Below, one piece after another: positions 27,411 through 37,011 of a DNA stretch of 64,000 nucleotides. The stretch is taken from contig JAMLHI010000002.1 of the NCBI GenBank assembly GCA_023957235.1, positions 13,836-77,835 on the forward strand. The letters run 5' to 3'. Position numbers and translations under genes: made by a program. The notes below the pieces were generated by a model. The model had not been told where the DNA came from. It made no database searches and worked only from the letters and a program-made list of their open reading frames with translations. Each line of letters starts with the position of its first letter. Position 1 is the stretch's first letter. Source of the stretch: Chitinophagales bacterium. GTDB lineage: Bacteria > Bacteroidota > Bacteroidia > Chitinophagales > JADIYW01.

Positions 27411-28775
27411 TTACCACACTTTGATATCATCAATCAATAAATCATAATCAGAATTTTTACCTACTTTCAAAGCAAATAATTTGTCAGTAGGATCATTAAG
27501 CGTTACTCCCGTTAAATCAAGAGTAACCAGCACCCAATTGTTCTTAGTGTCTATAGCGCCTCCATAAGCATTTGATGCACTTGATTTAATTAATGAATTA
27601 TTGCTCAAATTGCCTACATTATATACAGTAAAACCACCACTTGCACCATAGACATTCAAAGACAATGAACTAGCAGATGTTCCTTTTACATAGAAAGATA
27701 GTTTTGTGACACCAGCAGGATATTTAGCATTTGCAGAAGGTACTACAGTAAACACATAGTCATTTTCTGTTGGAGTTCCTTTAATAGCAAAAGCACTGCC
27801 GCTTTTCCCATTAGGAGATTGAGTAGCATAAGCAATCAGTCCAAAGCTATTTAATTGATTTTTAAACAAATCAAAATCTTCAAAATCAGCTCCAGGGAAT
27901 AATAAAACGGCACCAGCTCCTGGCTGAGTAGGGGCTGTTGTATCTACTGGAACAACTATCCCACCACATCTAGCCGTGTCCTCCAATTTTACATCTTCGA
28001 CTTTGTTCAATAACAATTGATTACTAGTCTTAAAAATTTGATAGATACAGACGACTTCTCCTTTACCTTGTGGAACTACATTACCTGCAAATTTTGCATA
28101 TCCACTCGTTCTTAATTCAATTGTTTTACCTGAACAATCTTCTAATTTTGTGCTTTTAGATAATTTCTTTACTGCATCAGCATAAGTAGCCACTCCAGCT
28201 TCACTCTCAATAAATTGAACATCTTTCAATTTAATGAGTGTATTTTGATATTTTTCACTCAACTCTGCAATCGTAATTTCTTTAGGAATTACAGTCTGAT
28301 TTCTAGGCCCTTTCACAATAAAATCTTCTACAAACTCAGCACCAATTGTATTCACACTACCTTGTCCATCATCTCCCAAACCCAATTGGATAAGATTATT
28401 ATACGCACCTATTGAAAGACCTTTTAATTTCACATACACTTTACGTCCAAAAGGAAAATCTGTAAATAAATCAGAACGTTGAACTCTGAATCCTACTCCA
28501 CCTGTTGCATCTTGAATAATTAAAGTTTGATAAACATTCCCTTGTTGATCATCACTAATTACTGTACCAGTAATAATATAATCTCCAGTAATAGTATCTG
28601 TTTTCCCTTTATAAAGATTTTTCAATTCTTCGATAGTCATATTCACCGCCAAATTAGGGTCAACATCAGGTTTAGGTTGAGGAGTATCAAACTTGTCTTT
28701 GATACAGCTTGAAAACAATGTTGAAATCACTAAAGTGACTAAAAGTGTTTTAAATAATGAATTTATATTTTTCAT
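27411..28775 (-). CDS. DUF5689-type surface lipoprotein (OB-fold-like N-terminal half, beta-sandwich C-terminal half)
   Basis: Lipobox LFSSC. TIEELKNLY......I.....I.G.VISDDQQGN.YQTLIIQDATGG, NTLIKLKDVQF, ELRTSGYAKFA...VP.GKG.V..I are the DUF5689 blocks as I remember them. Sits 24 nt downstream of the TonB-dependent receptor. Confidence 0.7.
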   Translation of the reverse strand: MKNINSLFKTLLVTLVISTLFSSCIKDKFDTPQPKPDVDPNLAVNMTIEELKNLYKGKTDTITGDYIITGTVISDDQQGNVYQTLIIQDATGGVGFRVQRSDLFTDFPFGRKVYVKLKGLSIGAYNNLIQLGLGDDGQGSVNTIGAEFVEDFIVKGPRNQTVIPKEITIAELSEKYQNTLIKLKDVQFIESEAGVATYADAVKKLSKSTKLEDCSGKTIELRTSGYAKFAGNVVPQGKGEVVCIYQIFKTSNQLLLNKVEDVKLEDTARCGGIVVPVDTTAPTQPGAGAVLLFPGADFEDFDLFKNQLNSFGLIAYATQSPNGKSGSAFAIKGTPTENDYVFTVVPSANAKYPAGVTKLSFYVKGTSASSLSLNVYGASGGFTVYNVGNLSNNSLIKSSASNAYGGAIDTKNNWVLVTLDLTGVTLNDPTDKLFALKVGKNSDYDLLIDDIKVW

Positions 28776-28799
28776 TTGTCTTCGTTTAAGATTTTAAAA

Positions 28800-31343
28800 T
28801 TAGAGTTTGTAGGTTATATTGATAAAATAATTGGTTCCATAAGCATAGAAATATCTTGATGGAAATTTATTGACATTTGCATTTTCAAAATCATATCTCA
28901 ATTGCTCATAGCCACCAGTAATTAAATTTTTATTATTGGTAATATTATTCACTCCTACATTTAAATATATATAGTGTGCTTTTTTCATGTTTTTGAAAGT
29001 CTTATCTAGCTTCCAAGAATATCCACCAAAAAAATCTAAAGTCAACTGAGCTTTCAATCTTTCTTGTTGAACGACCTGATCGTAGGTGTCTGAAGGATTG
29101 GGAAGCTCTTCAACCGCTGCCCATGTTCTTCTTAATGGATTATAATCCAACCACATATCATCAAAATAATTAAGATTCACACTTGCAAACCAATACTTAG
29201 GTGAACGGTAGTTGAATCCTAAAGTTGCTGCTGTCTGAGGAGTACCTCCTTCTTTAAAGTATTTGGAATAGATGAGTTCATTTTGCAAAATTTCAGAACT
29301 ATTGTCCAACGTAACCTCAGCATTTTGTCTGGAAGTGTTAAAATAACGTCCCATTGCAGCCGCTAAAGTCATGCTAAATCCTTTATAAATTTTCGCCTCA
29401 ACTCCCAATTCTCCACCAAAATGAATCTTATCAATATTTGTCAAAGAATAATTGACAAAGTTTCTATAATCATCATGATAGAAAGTCATTGTTCTTGACT
29501 GATTATCAAATTTTGTAAAATAACCAGTTAATCTTGCTTTTACTCTAGGTGTATTCAAAACATAACCAGATTCCACAGAAGCAATTTTTTCATTTTCAGG
29601 ATTAGAAACCGTGCTATTTCTTGTTCTTGGAGAAACAAATACATCATTGAAATATGGTGCTTTTGTTGAATAACTTCCATTAGCATAGATATAGTTCCTT
29701 CCATTGATTTTATATGTTGCACCACCCTTCACTCCGAAATTAAAGAATTTTTGTTTGTCAGATTTTCCAAAAGAATTGTCTTGAAAAAGGCCATTTCTAT
29801 TTAAGCCATTTCTATAATAATTAGTGAAAGACAATTCAGTACTTAAAAATGCATCCACATGACTCCAAGTACCAGATATCTGTCCCCAAGCAGAAGCTTT
29901 ATTAAAAATCATTTCATAATCATAACCATATTTATCACCTTCTTTTAAGATTTGATTAGGGCGGTTAAGATCATTTTGATTGGCATTAGAACCTGGAAAA
30001 TCTCTTTCAGCAAATTGATTGAGATTGACATAAAATTCTCCACCCAACAAATCTCCTATTTCTTTATACAATCTATTTTTAAGATATTGATAAGAAAGGC
30101 CTCCAGTGAAACTCAAATTTTCATTCAAAGTAGCATTGATGATTGTGTTCAGGTTAGCTCTTTGAACTTTAGTGATTCTCTGTTCAATAATATATCTTGA
30201 ACGATGACCTGTCACATCATTACCTGAAATTCCATCTACATCTTTTATAGTTTCAATATTGTTTTGATTAACATCATACATCCTAGCCCAATCCACTTGT
30301 ATCATTTCAGGATTCTCTTTGATCCTATCAATCCATATATTTCTATACTCTTCATTGAGAAGGTAGCTAGGAAGATTTCTATAATATTCAGGTCTAGGAT
30401 CGCTTACATTATACCAATCCAATCCAGATTGCTTTCTTATACCAAAAGTGTAAGAAACAGCTGATAAAATATTCAATTTATTACTTGGACTATACTCATG
30501 AGTAAGAATAAAGGTAGGTTGATGGCTAAGATTAACTCTTGAATTTCTCTTTTTACCTTCTTGATAGCCCCAATAAGGATTGTAATAATGTGTCCCCGCT
30601 AAGTCATATAATTCTTGGACCACACCACCAGAACCGCCAGATTTTGTTGGAGCTCCAAATGTTGTCAATGCCAAAGAGTGCTTCTGATTAAATATTTTTT
30701 CAGCTGATGCAAAATATGACCAACCGTCATAAAAAGTACCAGGAACATATCCTTCTTTCGCCCATCTTCGAGATCCTGACAATGAAAAAGCCCATCCAGA
30801 TTTTGTCAGACCTGTATTATAGGTAGCCATTAATCTGTTGCGATAATTTCTATTGGTAGAAGCATATCCTACTCTTAGTTGTTTCCATTGCTTAGATGCT
30901 CTTGTATCTATATTAAACTGACCTCCTACTTCACCAAAAGTATAGGTTGTCGGCCTCAAGCCCAAACTGCTTTCGCGATTTCTCAATACATCATTTAATC
31001 CGCTCCACAAGAAAAAAGAAGAATTGCCATTATCTAAGCCGTCCATAGGTACGCCATTCATATAAGTAACAAAACTGTTATTGTCATAGCCTCTGATTCT
31101 AAATCTTGCAGCTCCCCAATTAAAAGTAGCTGAAGAAAAAAATGGGTCACGACCTGCAGTCAACTGAGATGAAATACCTTGAGACACATCATTATCATCT
31201 AATGAAACTACAGGAGCTTCATCAAAAATCAACTGATTTTCCCGCAATTCATCAGATTGAGGGACTTTAATGGTGTCAGTTTCTGTCTGAGCATAAGCAA
31301 TCCCTACTGAGAAAGACATTACTAAGAACAATTGTTTTACCAT
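28800..31343 (-). CDS. TonB-dependent outer-membrane receptor
   Basis: 847 aa, signal peptide ...GIAYAQ. Plug-like FRIRGYD....TYMNGVPMD. Long alternating beta-strand barrel ending ...YFINITYKL. Confidence 0.8.
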   Translation of the reverse strand: MVKQLFLVMSFSVGIAYAQTETDTIKVPQSDELRENQLIFDEAPVVSLDDNDVSQGISSQLTAGRDPFFSSATFNWGAARFRIRGYDNNSFVTYMNGVPMDGLDNGNSSFFLWSGLNDVLRNRESSLGLRPTTYTFGEVGGQFNIDTRASKQWKQLRVGYASTNRNYRNRLMATYNTGLTKSGWAFSLSGSRRWAKEGYVPGTFYDGWSYFASAEKIFNQKHSLALTTFGAPTKSGGSGGVVQELYDLAGTHYYNPYWGYQEGKKRNSRVNLSHQPTFILTHEYSPSNKLNILSAVSYTFGIRKQSGLDWYNVSDPRPEYYRNLPSYLLNEEYRNIWIDRIKENPEMIQVDWARMYDVNQNNIETIKDVDGISGNDVTGHRSRYIIEQRITKVQRANLNTIINATLNENLSFTGGLSYQYLKNRLYKEIGDLLGGEFYVNLNQFAERDFPGSNANQNDLNRPNQILKEGDKYGYDYEMIFNKASAWGQISGTWSHVDAFLSTELSFTNYYRNGLNRNGLFQDNSFGKSDKQKFFNFGVKGGATYKINGRNYIYANGSYSTKAPYFNDVFVSPRTRNSTVSNPENEKIASVESGYVLNTPRVKARLTGYFTKFDNQSRTMTFYHDDYRNFVNYSLTNIDKIHFGGELGVEAKIYKGFSMTLAAAMGRYFNTSRQNAEVTLDNSSEILQNELIYSKYFKEGGTPQTAATLGFNYRSPKYWFASVNLNYFDDMWLDYNPLRRTWAAVEELPNPSDTYDQVVQQERLKAQLTLDFFGGYSWKLDKTFKNMKKAHYIYLNVGVNNITNNKNLITGGYEQLRYDFENANVNKFPSRYFYAYGTNYFINITYKL

Positions 31344-31491
31344 ATATCAAATAAATTAAGCAACAAAATTAATTATTATTTATAGTAGTTTATACAAAGT
31401 CTAAAAAAACAAGTGAAATTGAAACACTTTTATTATTTATGAAAAAAGATAGCACGTTTATTGCTAATTTTACTGAATTATTCAAAAATTT

Positions 31492-32529
31492 ATGAAGAAC
31501 CTTATCTTATACCTTTCATTGTTTTTCTTTTCATCCCAAGCATTTTCCCAACAACAATATAAAATTGCAACTATTGGGTTTTACAATTTAGAAAATTTAT
31601 TCGACACAATTAATGATCCATTGACTATTGATGATGAATTTACACCTGAAGGTTCAAAAGGATATACAAGTCAAGTATTTCTTGACAAAATTGATAAATT
31701 ATCTAATGTTATATCATTGATTTCAAGCAATCATACAAAAGATGGACTTGCAATTTTAGGAGTAGCTGAAATTGAAAACAAAAGTGTTTTAGAAACACTT
31801 GTTAATCATCCCAAACTTAAAAACCGTAATTACCAAATCGTTCATTATAATTCACCTGACTTGAGAGGTGTGGATGTAGGGCTTCTCTATAATCCTAAAT
31901 ATTTTAAAGTAATAAACAGCGAATCATTGAGAGTTCCGCTAAAAGAAAATGGAAAAGATTATTTCACTAGAGATATCTTGTATGTTGAAGGTAATTTTTT
32001 AGGAGACCCTTTATTTGTATTTGTCAACCACTGGCCTTCAAGAAGAGGAGGTGAAGAAGCTTCAGCACCTAATAGAGCTCTGGCTGCCAGCATAGTAAAA
32101 CATAAAATAGACTCTTTGAGAAATATCAATCCTGATAGTAAGATTATTATTATGGGAGATTTGAATGATGAACCAGTCAGTCCTAGCGTAAGCAAAGCCA
32201 TTGGAGCAAAAGGCAATGAAAAAGATTTGAAAAGAGGAGATATTTTCAACCCATGGGTAGCATTTTACAAGAAAGGAATCGGTTCTAGTGCTTATCAAGA
32301 CTCATGGGGACTCTTTGATCAAGTAATGCTTTCTACAGGATTTATGAAAGACTATTCCCAATCATATTATTTTTACAAAGCAGAAATTTTTAAAAGAGAT
32401 TTTATGCTTCAAAAAATAGGTAAATACAAAGGATATCCTTTGCGTACCTTTGATGGCAACAAATATATGGGAGGCTATAGCGACCACTTCCCCACTTTTC
32501 TTATTTTTGTCAAGCCAGTAAATCAATAA
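31492..32529 (+). CDS. secreted endonuclease/exonuclease/phosphatase (EEP) family nuclease-like protein
   Basis: Signal peptide. FYNLENLFD, VAEIEN, VNHWPSRRGG, IMGDLNDEP, YSDHFP are the EEP catalytic blocks, in the arrangement seen in extracellular ExeM/NucH-type nucleases. Confidence 0.8.
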   Translation: MKNLILYLSLFFFSSQAFSQQQYKIATIGFYNLENLFDTINDPLTIDDEFTPEGSKGYTSQVFLDKIDKLSNVISLISSNHTKDGLAILGVAEIENKSVLETLVNHPKLKNRNYQIVHYNSPDLRGVDVGLLYNPKYFKVINSESLRVPLKENGKDYFTRDILYVEGNFLGDPLFVFVNHWPSRRGGEEASAPNRALAASIVKHKIDSLRNINPDSKIIIMGDLNDEPVSPSVSKAIGAKGNEKDLKRGDIFNPWVAFYKKGIGSSAYQDSWGLFDQVMLSTGFMKDYSQSYYFYKAEIFKRDFMLQKIGKYKGYPLRTFDGNKYMGGYSDHFPTFLIFVKPVNQ

Positions 32530-32639
32530 GCGTTTTTCATTATAAGAAACTTGGAGATTAAAATACCTCTTGGTGTCCTAACTCTAAAAAATGGCTATTT
32601 TTTATCAGCCTACTTATATTTTACTCAGTGTACTAAATT

Positions 32640-34103
32640 CTATTTTTTGCCTTTAGGACTTTCTTGTTCCGGAGAATTTAATTGGTCTATAAAATCTTCT
32701 ACTAATTCTTCTAGTTTGTCTGTCCCATTCAAAGCTCCCATCATACCGTACATTGCTGCTTTTCTATGACCACTGTCTGCTCCTCCAGACTTGCCCGCTG
32801 TATCTAATATCTGATTGAAATAAGATGTCGGTAACATTTTCTTCAAACCTATGACGGCATTGACTTGAACATTCTTTTTAAAATTCTCCCAGCTAAATTT
32901 AGATGCCTTTTTTACTGCTATATTCAAATCATCTAAAAATATCTTTTCTTTTCCAACATGAATATCAGTAACAAATATATGAAGGCTTGGCGGTAATTGT
33001 TGGCGATTGATATACCAGCCTAACTCGGACATCTCATCTGCAATAGAATGTACATCATATTTTTCAGAAGCAATTGCAAATAATGTTGCATCAGGATTTC
33101 CCAGAACACTTAAGCCATCAATAGCTTTAACTCCTTCCATGAGTTTTCTAGTTGTATGAAATGCATTAAGTTGCATTTTAGTATATCTTTCCGCCCCAAT
33201 ATAATTCAAAACTGCCCAAGCAGCTGCAATTGCTCCTCCAGGTCTTGTGCCTGCAAAAGAAGGGGAACCATAAATCCCTCCTGTCCAATCTGTTTTAATA
33301 TAAAACTGCCCTTTTCGAAGTGCTTTATTTTTATACAATATCACAGATGCACCTTTGGCAGCATAGCCATACTTATGAGTATCAGCAGATATAGACGTGA
33401 CTCCTTCAACTCTAAAATCAAACTTCGGTAAAAAGACACCGCCCATTTCCAAAAAAGGTAACAAATAACCTCCTACACAGCAATCGACATGGCACAATAT
33501 ATTATTCTTTAAAGCTAGTGAAGCCACTTCCTCCACTGGATCAATAACACCTTGTGGATACTGAGGTGCAGAAGCTACTAATAATATAGTATTGGGATTG
33601 ACCAATTGAGACATTTCAGAAACATCTACCCTAAAATCCTCGCCTATCTGTGCTTCAACATATTTCAGACCAAAAAAATGGCATGCTTTGGCAAATGCTG
33701 GATGAGCAGACGCAGGAGCCAAAACTTCAGGTGTCCCATATAATTTCTTGTTCTTTAATGCCCATTCTCTAGCAGAAAGCACAGACATCATAATACTTTC
33801 TGTCCCTCCAGAAGTCATTGTTCCTGTAACATTTTCATCACCATGTAGAAGATGAGCAGTCATTCCTACAACTTCTGACTCCATTTTTCTCAAACTTGGA
33901 AACGCAGAAGGATTTAATCCATTAGTGGACATAAAAGAAGTATAGGCACTTTTTGCTACATTATAAATATCTTCTCCTGCATAAAAAACATAACCAAAAA
34001 ACTTCCCAGAAGGCCAATTAATATCTTTACCTTTAAATGACTCCATTCGTTGAAGTAATTCACTTGCATCTGTTCCTTTCTCAGGTAGTTTAAAACTTGA
34101 CAT
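32640..34103 (-). CDS. PLP-dependent group II decarboxylase-fold enzyme, sphingosine-1-phosphate-lyase-like
   Basis: GTMTSGGTESIMM, HVDCCVGG, SISADTHKYGYAAKGASVILY (PLP-lysine context of SPL/GadA-like enzymes). 487 aa. Confidence 0.8.
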   Translation of the reverse strand: MSSFKLPEKGTDASELLQRMESFKGKDINWPSGKFFGYVFYAGEDIYNVAKSAYTSFMSTNGLNPSAFPSLRKMESEVVGMTAHLLHGDENVTGTMTSGGTESIMMSVLSAREWALKNKKLYGTPEVLAPASAHPAFAKACHFFGLKYVEAQIGEDFRVDVSEMSQLVNPNTILLVASAPQYPQGVIDPVEEVASLALKNNILCHVDCCVGGYLLPFLEMGGVFLPKFDFRVEGVTSISADTHKYGYAAKGASVILYKNKALRKGQFYIKTDWTGGIYGSPSFAGTRPGGAIAAAWAVLNYIGAERYTKMQLNAFHTTRKLMEGVKAIDGLSVLGNPDATLFAIASEKYDVHSIADEMSELGWYINRQQLPPSLHIFVTDIHVGKEKIFLDDLNIAVKKASKFSWENFKKNVQVNAVIGLKKMLPTSYFNQILDTAGKSGGADSGHRKAAMYGMMGALNGTDKLEELVEDFIDQLNSPEQESPKGKK

Positions 34104-34340
34104 TACTATTACTAATCATTATCCAAATATAATAAAGCTATTTTGCATCACCAAAAATGGTGAGATAAAATATAATTTCAAATTCTAGTTTGAAAAATAT
34201 TTATAGGATGAAGTTTAAGAAATCTTAAAAAATATTAACTTATTCCAATTTCAAATAAAATAATCTATAAAATTGATGTTTAAATAAATGTCATACAATT
34301 AAGTTATACAAAATATTATCTTTGATGCATAAATTATATT

Positions 34341-35066
34341 ATGAAAAAGAACATTATTTTTAAAAGTACATTAGTCCTAAGTATTCTTACAGCCTTTACT
34401 GTTTTTTTTACCTCATGCAGTCATGATTATAAAAAACCTGCCAAAATAAAATTAACTAATGATAAAGATTCATTAAGTTACATTTTAGGTGGCACAATAG
34501 TAAAAAGCTACAAAATGAATCAAATAGACACATTGATTAACATTGAAGCACTTGTAGCTGGAATTCAAAATGAATTTTTAAATAAATTTGAATTTACAGA
34601 TGAACAGATTCAGACATTTTTTGAAGAATTCCAAAGAAAACAATTTGAAAAAACTAAAAGTGATGCCATTTCTCAAGGTCCTTCAAAAGAAGAGGAAGAT
34701 TTTTTAAATGAAAATGCTAAAAAACCAGGCGTAATAACAACTAATAGCGGCTTACAATATGAAATCATCAAAGAAGGAACTGGACCTAAACCAAATGCAA
34801 AAAGTGAAGTAGAAGTTCATTATGTTGGTACTCTTTTAGATGGTAAGGAATTTGATTCGTCTATCAAAAGAGGAGAAAGTGTTAAATTTGTGCTTAACCA
34901 AGTCATTCCTGGCTGGACAGAAGGCGTACAACTAATGAATGTCGGCTCTAAATACAAATTTTATATTCCTTCCAATCTAGCCTATGGAACAGAAGGTGCA
35001 CCTCAAGGTGGAATTGGACCCAATGAAACTTTAATATTTGAAATAGAATTGCTTTCATTTAAATAA
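34341..35066 (+). CDS. FKBP-type peptidyl-prolyl cis-trans isomerase (Mip/FklB-like lipoprotein)
   Basis: Lipobox FFTSC. C-terminal ...V.VHY.GTLLDGKEFDSS..RG....F.L..VIPGW.EG.Q.M..G.K....IP..LAYG. Confidence 0.92.
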   Translation: MKKNIIFKSTLVLSILTAFTVFFTSCSHDYKKPAKIKLTNDKDSLSYILGGTIVKSYKMNQIDTLINIEALVAGIQNEFLNKFEFTDEQIQTFFEEFQRKQFEKTKSDAISQGPSKEEEDFLNENAKKPGVITTNSGLQYEIIKEGTGPKPNAKSEVEVHYVGTLLDGKEFDSSIKRGESVKFVLNQVIPGWTEGVQLMNVGSKYKFYIPSNLAYGTEGAPQGGIGPNETLIFEIELLSFK

Positions 35067-35092
35067 GCTAATATTAATTATTCACAAAAGAA

Positions 35093-35122
35093 ATGCTCTA
35101 AGTTAATTCTTAGAGCATTTTT
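35093..35122 (+). terminator. rho-independent terminator after the FKBP gene
   Basis: ATGCTCTAAG-ttaatt-CTTAGAGCAT 10-bp stem followed by TTTTG. Confidence 0.75.
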
Positions 35123-35214
35123 GTTTAATTTTAATCAAAATTCTAAACCTGAAATTATTTAATCCTTTTGATTTTAATGATCCAGTTGTATATGCAATTC
35201 CTGGATTTATAATT

Positions 35215-36081
35215 TTGATGATTGCAGAGTGGATTTTCAGAAGATATAAAAAAATGAAATCTATTGATCTGAAAGAGTCTGCTTCAAGTATTGGCATGGG
35301 TTTAATCGCTGTAATTGTAGATATAGGAGTAAAAGCAGTTGTAATAGGATTTTTTATCTGGTTATATCAATATAGAATCTTTGACAATTTAGGGACTTCC
35401 TCAATAGAAAATTTTTTCAATATTGATTGGCATATTCAACATTGGTGGGTTTGGGCATTATGCTTTCTAGGGGATGATTTTACATTTTATTGGCATCATA
35501 GATTAAGTCATGAAATCAGATTGCTATGGGCAGCACATGTCAATCACCACTCTTCAGTAGAATTCAATTTTTCCACTGCTTTGAGACAAAGCCCAACAGA
35601 ATATATGTATCAGAAAATATGGTGGATATGGATGCCATTAATTGGATTTCACCCTTTTATGATATTGATTTGTTCTCAGATAAGCTTGATATATCAATTC
35701 TTTTTACATACCGAAGTGGTCAAAACTTTAGGTATTTTTGAAAGTGTATTCAATACACCATCTCATCATCGAGTTCATCATGGTAGTGATTTAGAATATT
35801 TGGATAAAAATTATGGTGGAATATTGATTATTTGGGATAAATTATTGGGAACATATCAAAAAGAATATTTTTCACCAAAATATGGTATCACAACAAATAT
35901 TAATAGTTATAACTTATTCAAAATCAGCTTTCACGAATTTATCGATTTAATGAAAGATGTTAAAAATGCTAAGACGTGGAAGCACAAAATTGGATTTTTA
36001 TTTCATTCTCCTGGTTGGAATCCTTATGGAGAAGATTTAAGAGTAAAAATTATAAAAAAAATAACTTCATTTAAAAAATAA
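35215..36081 (+). CDS. fatty-acid hydroxylase / sterol desaturase superfamily membrane protein (5' end uncertain)
   Basis: His boxes HHRLSHE, HVNHHS, HHRVHH. The frame is open upstream to 35107 and encodes a plausible N-terminus (IKILNLKLFNPFDFNDPVVYAIPGFIIL) that has no ATG/GTG/TTG. Confidence 0.8.
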   Translation: MMIAEWIFRRYKKMKSIDLKESASSIGMGLIAVIVDIGVKAVVIGFFIWLYQYRIFDNLGTSSIENFFNIDWHIQHWWVWALCFLGDDFTFYWHHRLSHEIRLLWAAHVNHHSSVEFNFSTALRQSPTEYMYQKIWWIWMPLIGFHPFMILICSQISLIYQFFLHTEVVKTLGIFESVFNTPSHHRVHHGSDLEYLDKNYGGILIIWDKLLGTYQKEYFSPKYGITTNINSYNLFKISFHEFIDLMKDVKNAKTWKHKIGFLFHSPGWNPYGEDLRVKIIKKITSFKK

Positions 36082-36132
36082 ATAATATCTTACATTGCAT
36101 ATCTATCTAATATATATGTCTAAATTAGCCCT

Positions 36133-36561
36133 ATGAAATCTCCCATCACATATTTGATTTTTTTTCTCGCTATATTCTTATGGAAATGTAGCTCAGATAA
36201 CTCAGAAACAAAAAATAAAGTTATCAAAGAAGATAGCACAAATTATATAGAAGACAATAGTGGTAAATCCTATATCCCTAAAAACGAAGTTACCGAAGAT
36301 GAGACAAGAAAGATAAAGGATGGTGTCTATACTGCTGATATTGAATACTATAATACATCTACAGGTGTAAATACATTATACGTAACTAAAGTACATGTAG
36401 AGGATGGTTATTTAAAAGTGATTAAATGGCCTAGTGGAGTATGGTTGGCTTCTGAACTTTTCAAGCCTCAAAAAATTCAAAATGATGGGACCTGTATCAT
36501 AAAGAATATAGATGCTGGGTACGAAAACCGTGTAAAAATATTGGATTTAATTTATTATTGA
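36133..36561 (+). CDS. hypothetical lipoprotein
   Basis: MKSPITYLIFFLAIFLWKCS lipobox. No family recognised. Confidence 0.6.
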   Translation: MKSPITYLIFFLAIFLWKCSSDNSETKNKVIKEDSTNYIEDNSGKSYIPKNEVTEDETRKIKDGVYTADIEYYNTSTGVNTLYVTKVHVEDGYLKVIKWPSGVWLASELFKPQKIQNDGTCIIKNIDAGYENRVKILDLIYY

Positions 36562-37007
36562 GTAGTATCTGACTTAATAATCATACCGACTTCAGAAATA
36601 TATCCCAAAGGGCTTTTTCTCATATTTTGGACAATATTGTATTGGGTTGTGTCTTTGTCTTTCAAATTCACTGACTTCCAAAATACTGTTTGAGTACATA
36701 CTCCACCAGTACACTTACCTAAAGGAGTCCCTGTATTGTCAAACAAATTAATATTAATTCGAGAAGCACTCTCCTTTTCTATAACCTTCAACCATAAATT
36801 ACTGAACTCATATTGGTCAGTATATCTTACTGAAAGAAAAATTTTATAGGGCTTGGCTTCTTGTGGCATAAATGAATATTTCAAAGTATCTGAATAACTG
36901 AATTGTTGTTCATTAATCGTATAATATTGACTATAATCAAAATCACCATGGCTACATGAGCAAAGCCAATAGCTTAAAAATATTAATAAACTTAAATTTC
37001 TAATCAT
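36555..37007 (-). CDS. gldH: gliding-motility lipoprotein GldH-like
   Basis: Lipobox LCSC, ~150 aa. YKIFLSVRYTDQYEFSNLWLKV......ININLFDNTG.PLG...GG......W.........Y.I.QNMR...L.GISEVG matches my memory of the GldH family pattern. Confidence 0.55.
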   Translation of the reverse strand: MIRNLSLLIFLSYWLCSCSHGDFDYSQYYTINEQQFSYSDTLKYSFMPQEAKPYKIFLSVRYTDQYEFSNLWLKVIEKESASRININLFDNTGTPLGKCTGGVCTQTVFWKSVNLKDKDTTQYNIVQNMRKSPLGYISEVGMIIKSDTTQ

Positions 37008-37011
37008 ACTG

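Noticed and set aside
31344-31491. Riboswitch (B12/TPP-type) in front of the TonB-dependent receptor
   Set aside because: The 148-nt divergent spacer is almost pure A/T, with no GC-paired helices or conserved riboswitch core sequences.
35103-35297. 64-aa minus-strand ORF
   Set aside because: It overlaps the FKBP terminator and the N-terminus of the hydroxylase gene in antisense. No motif.
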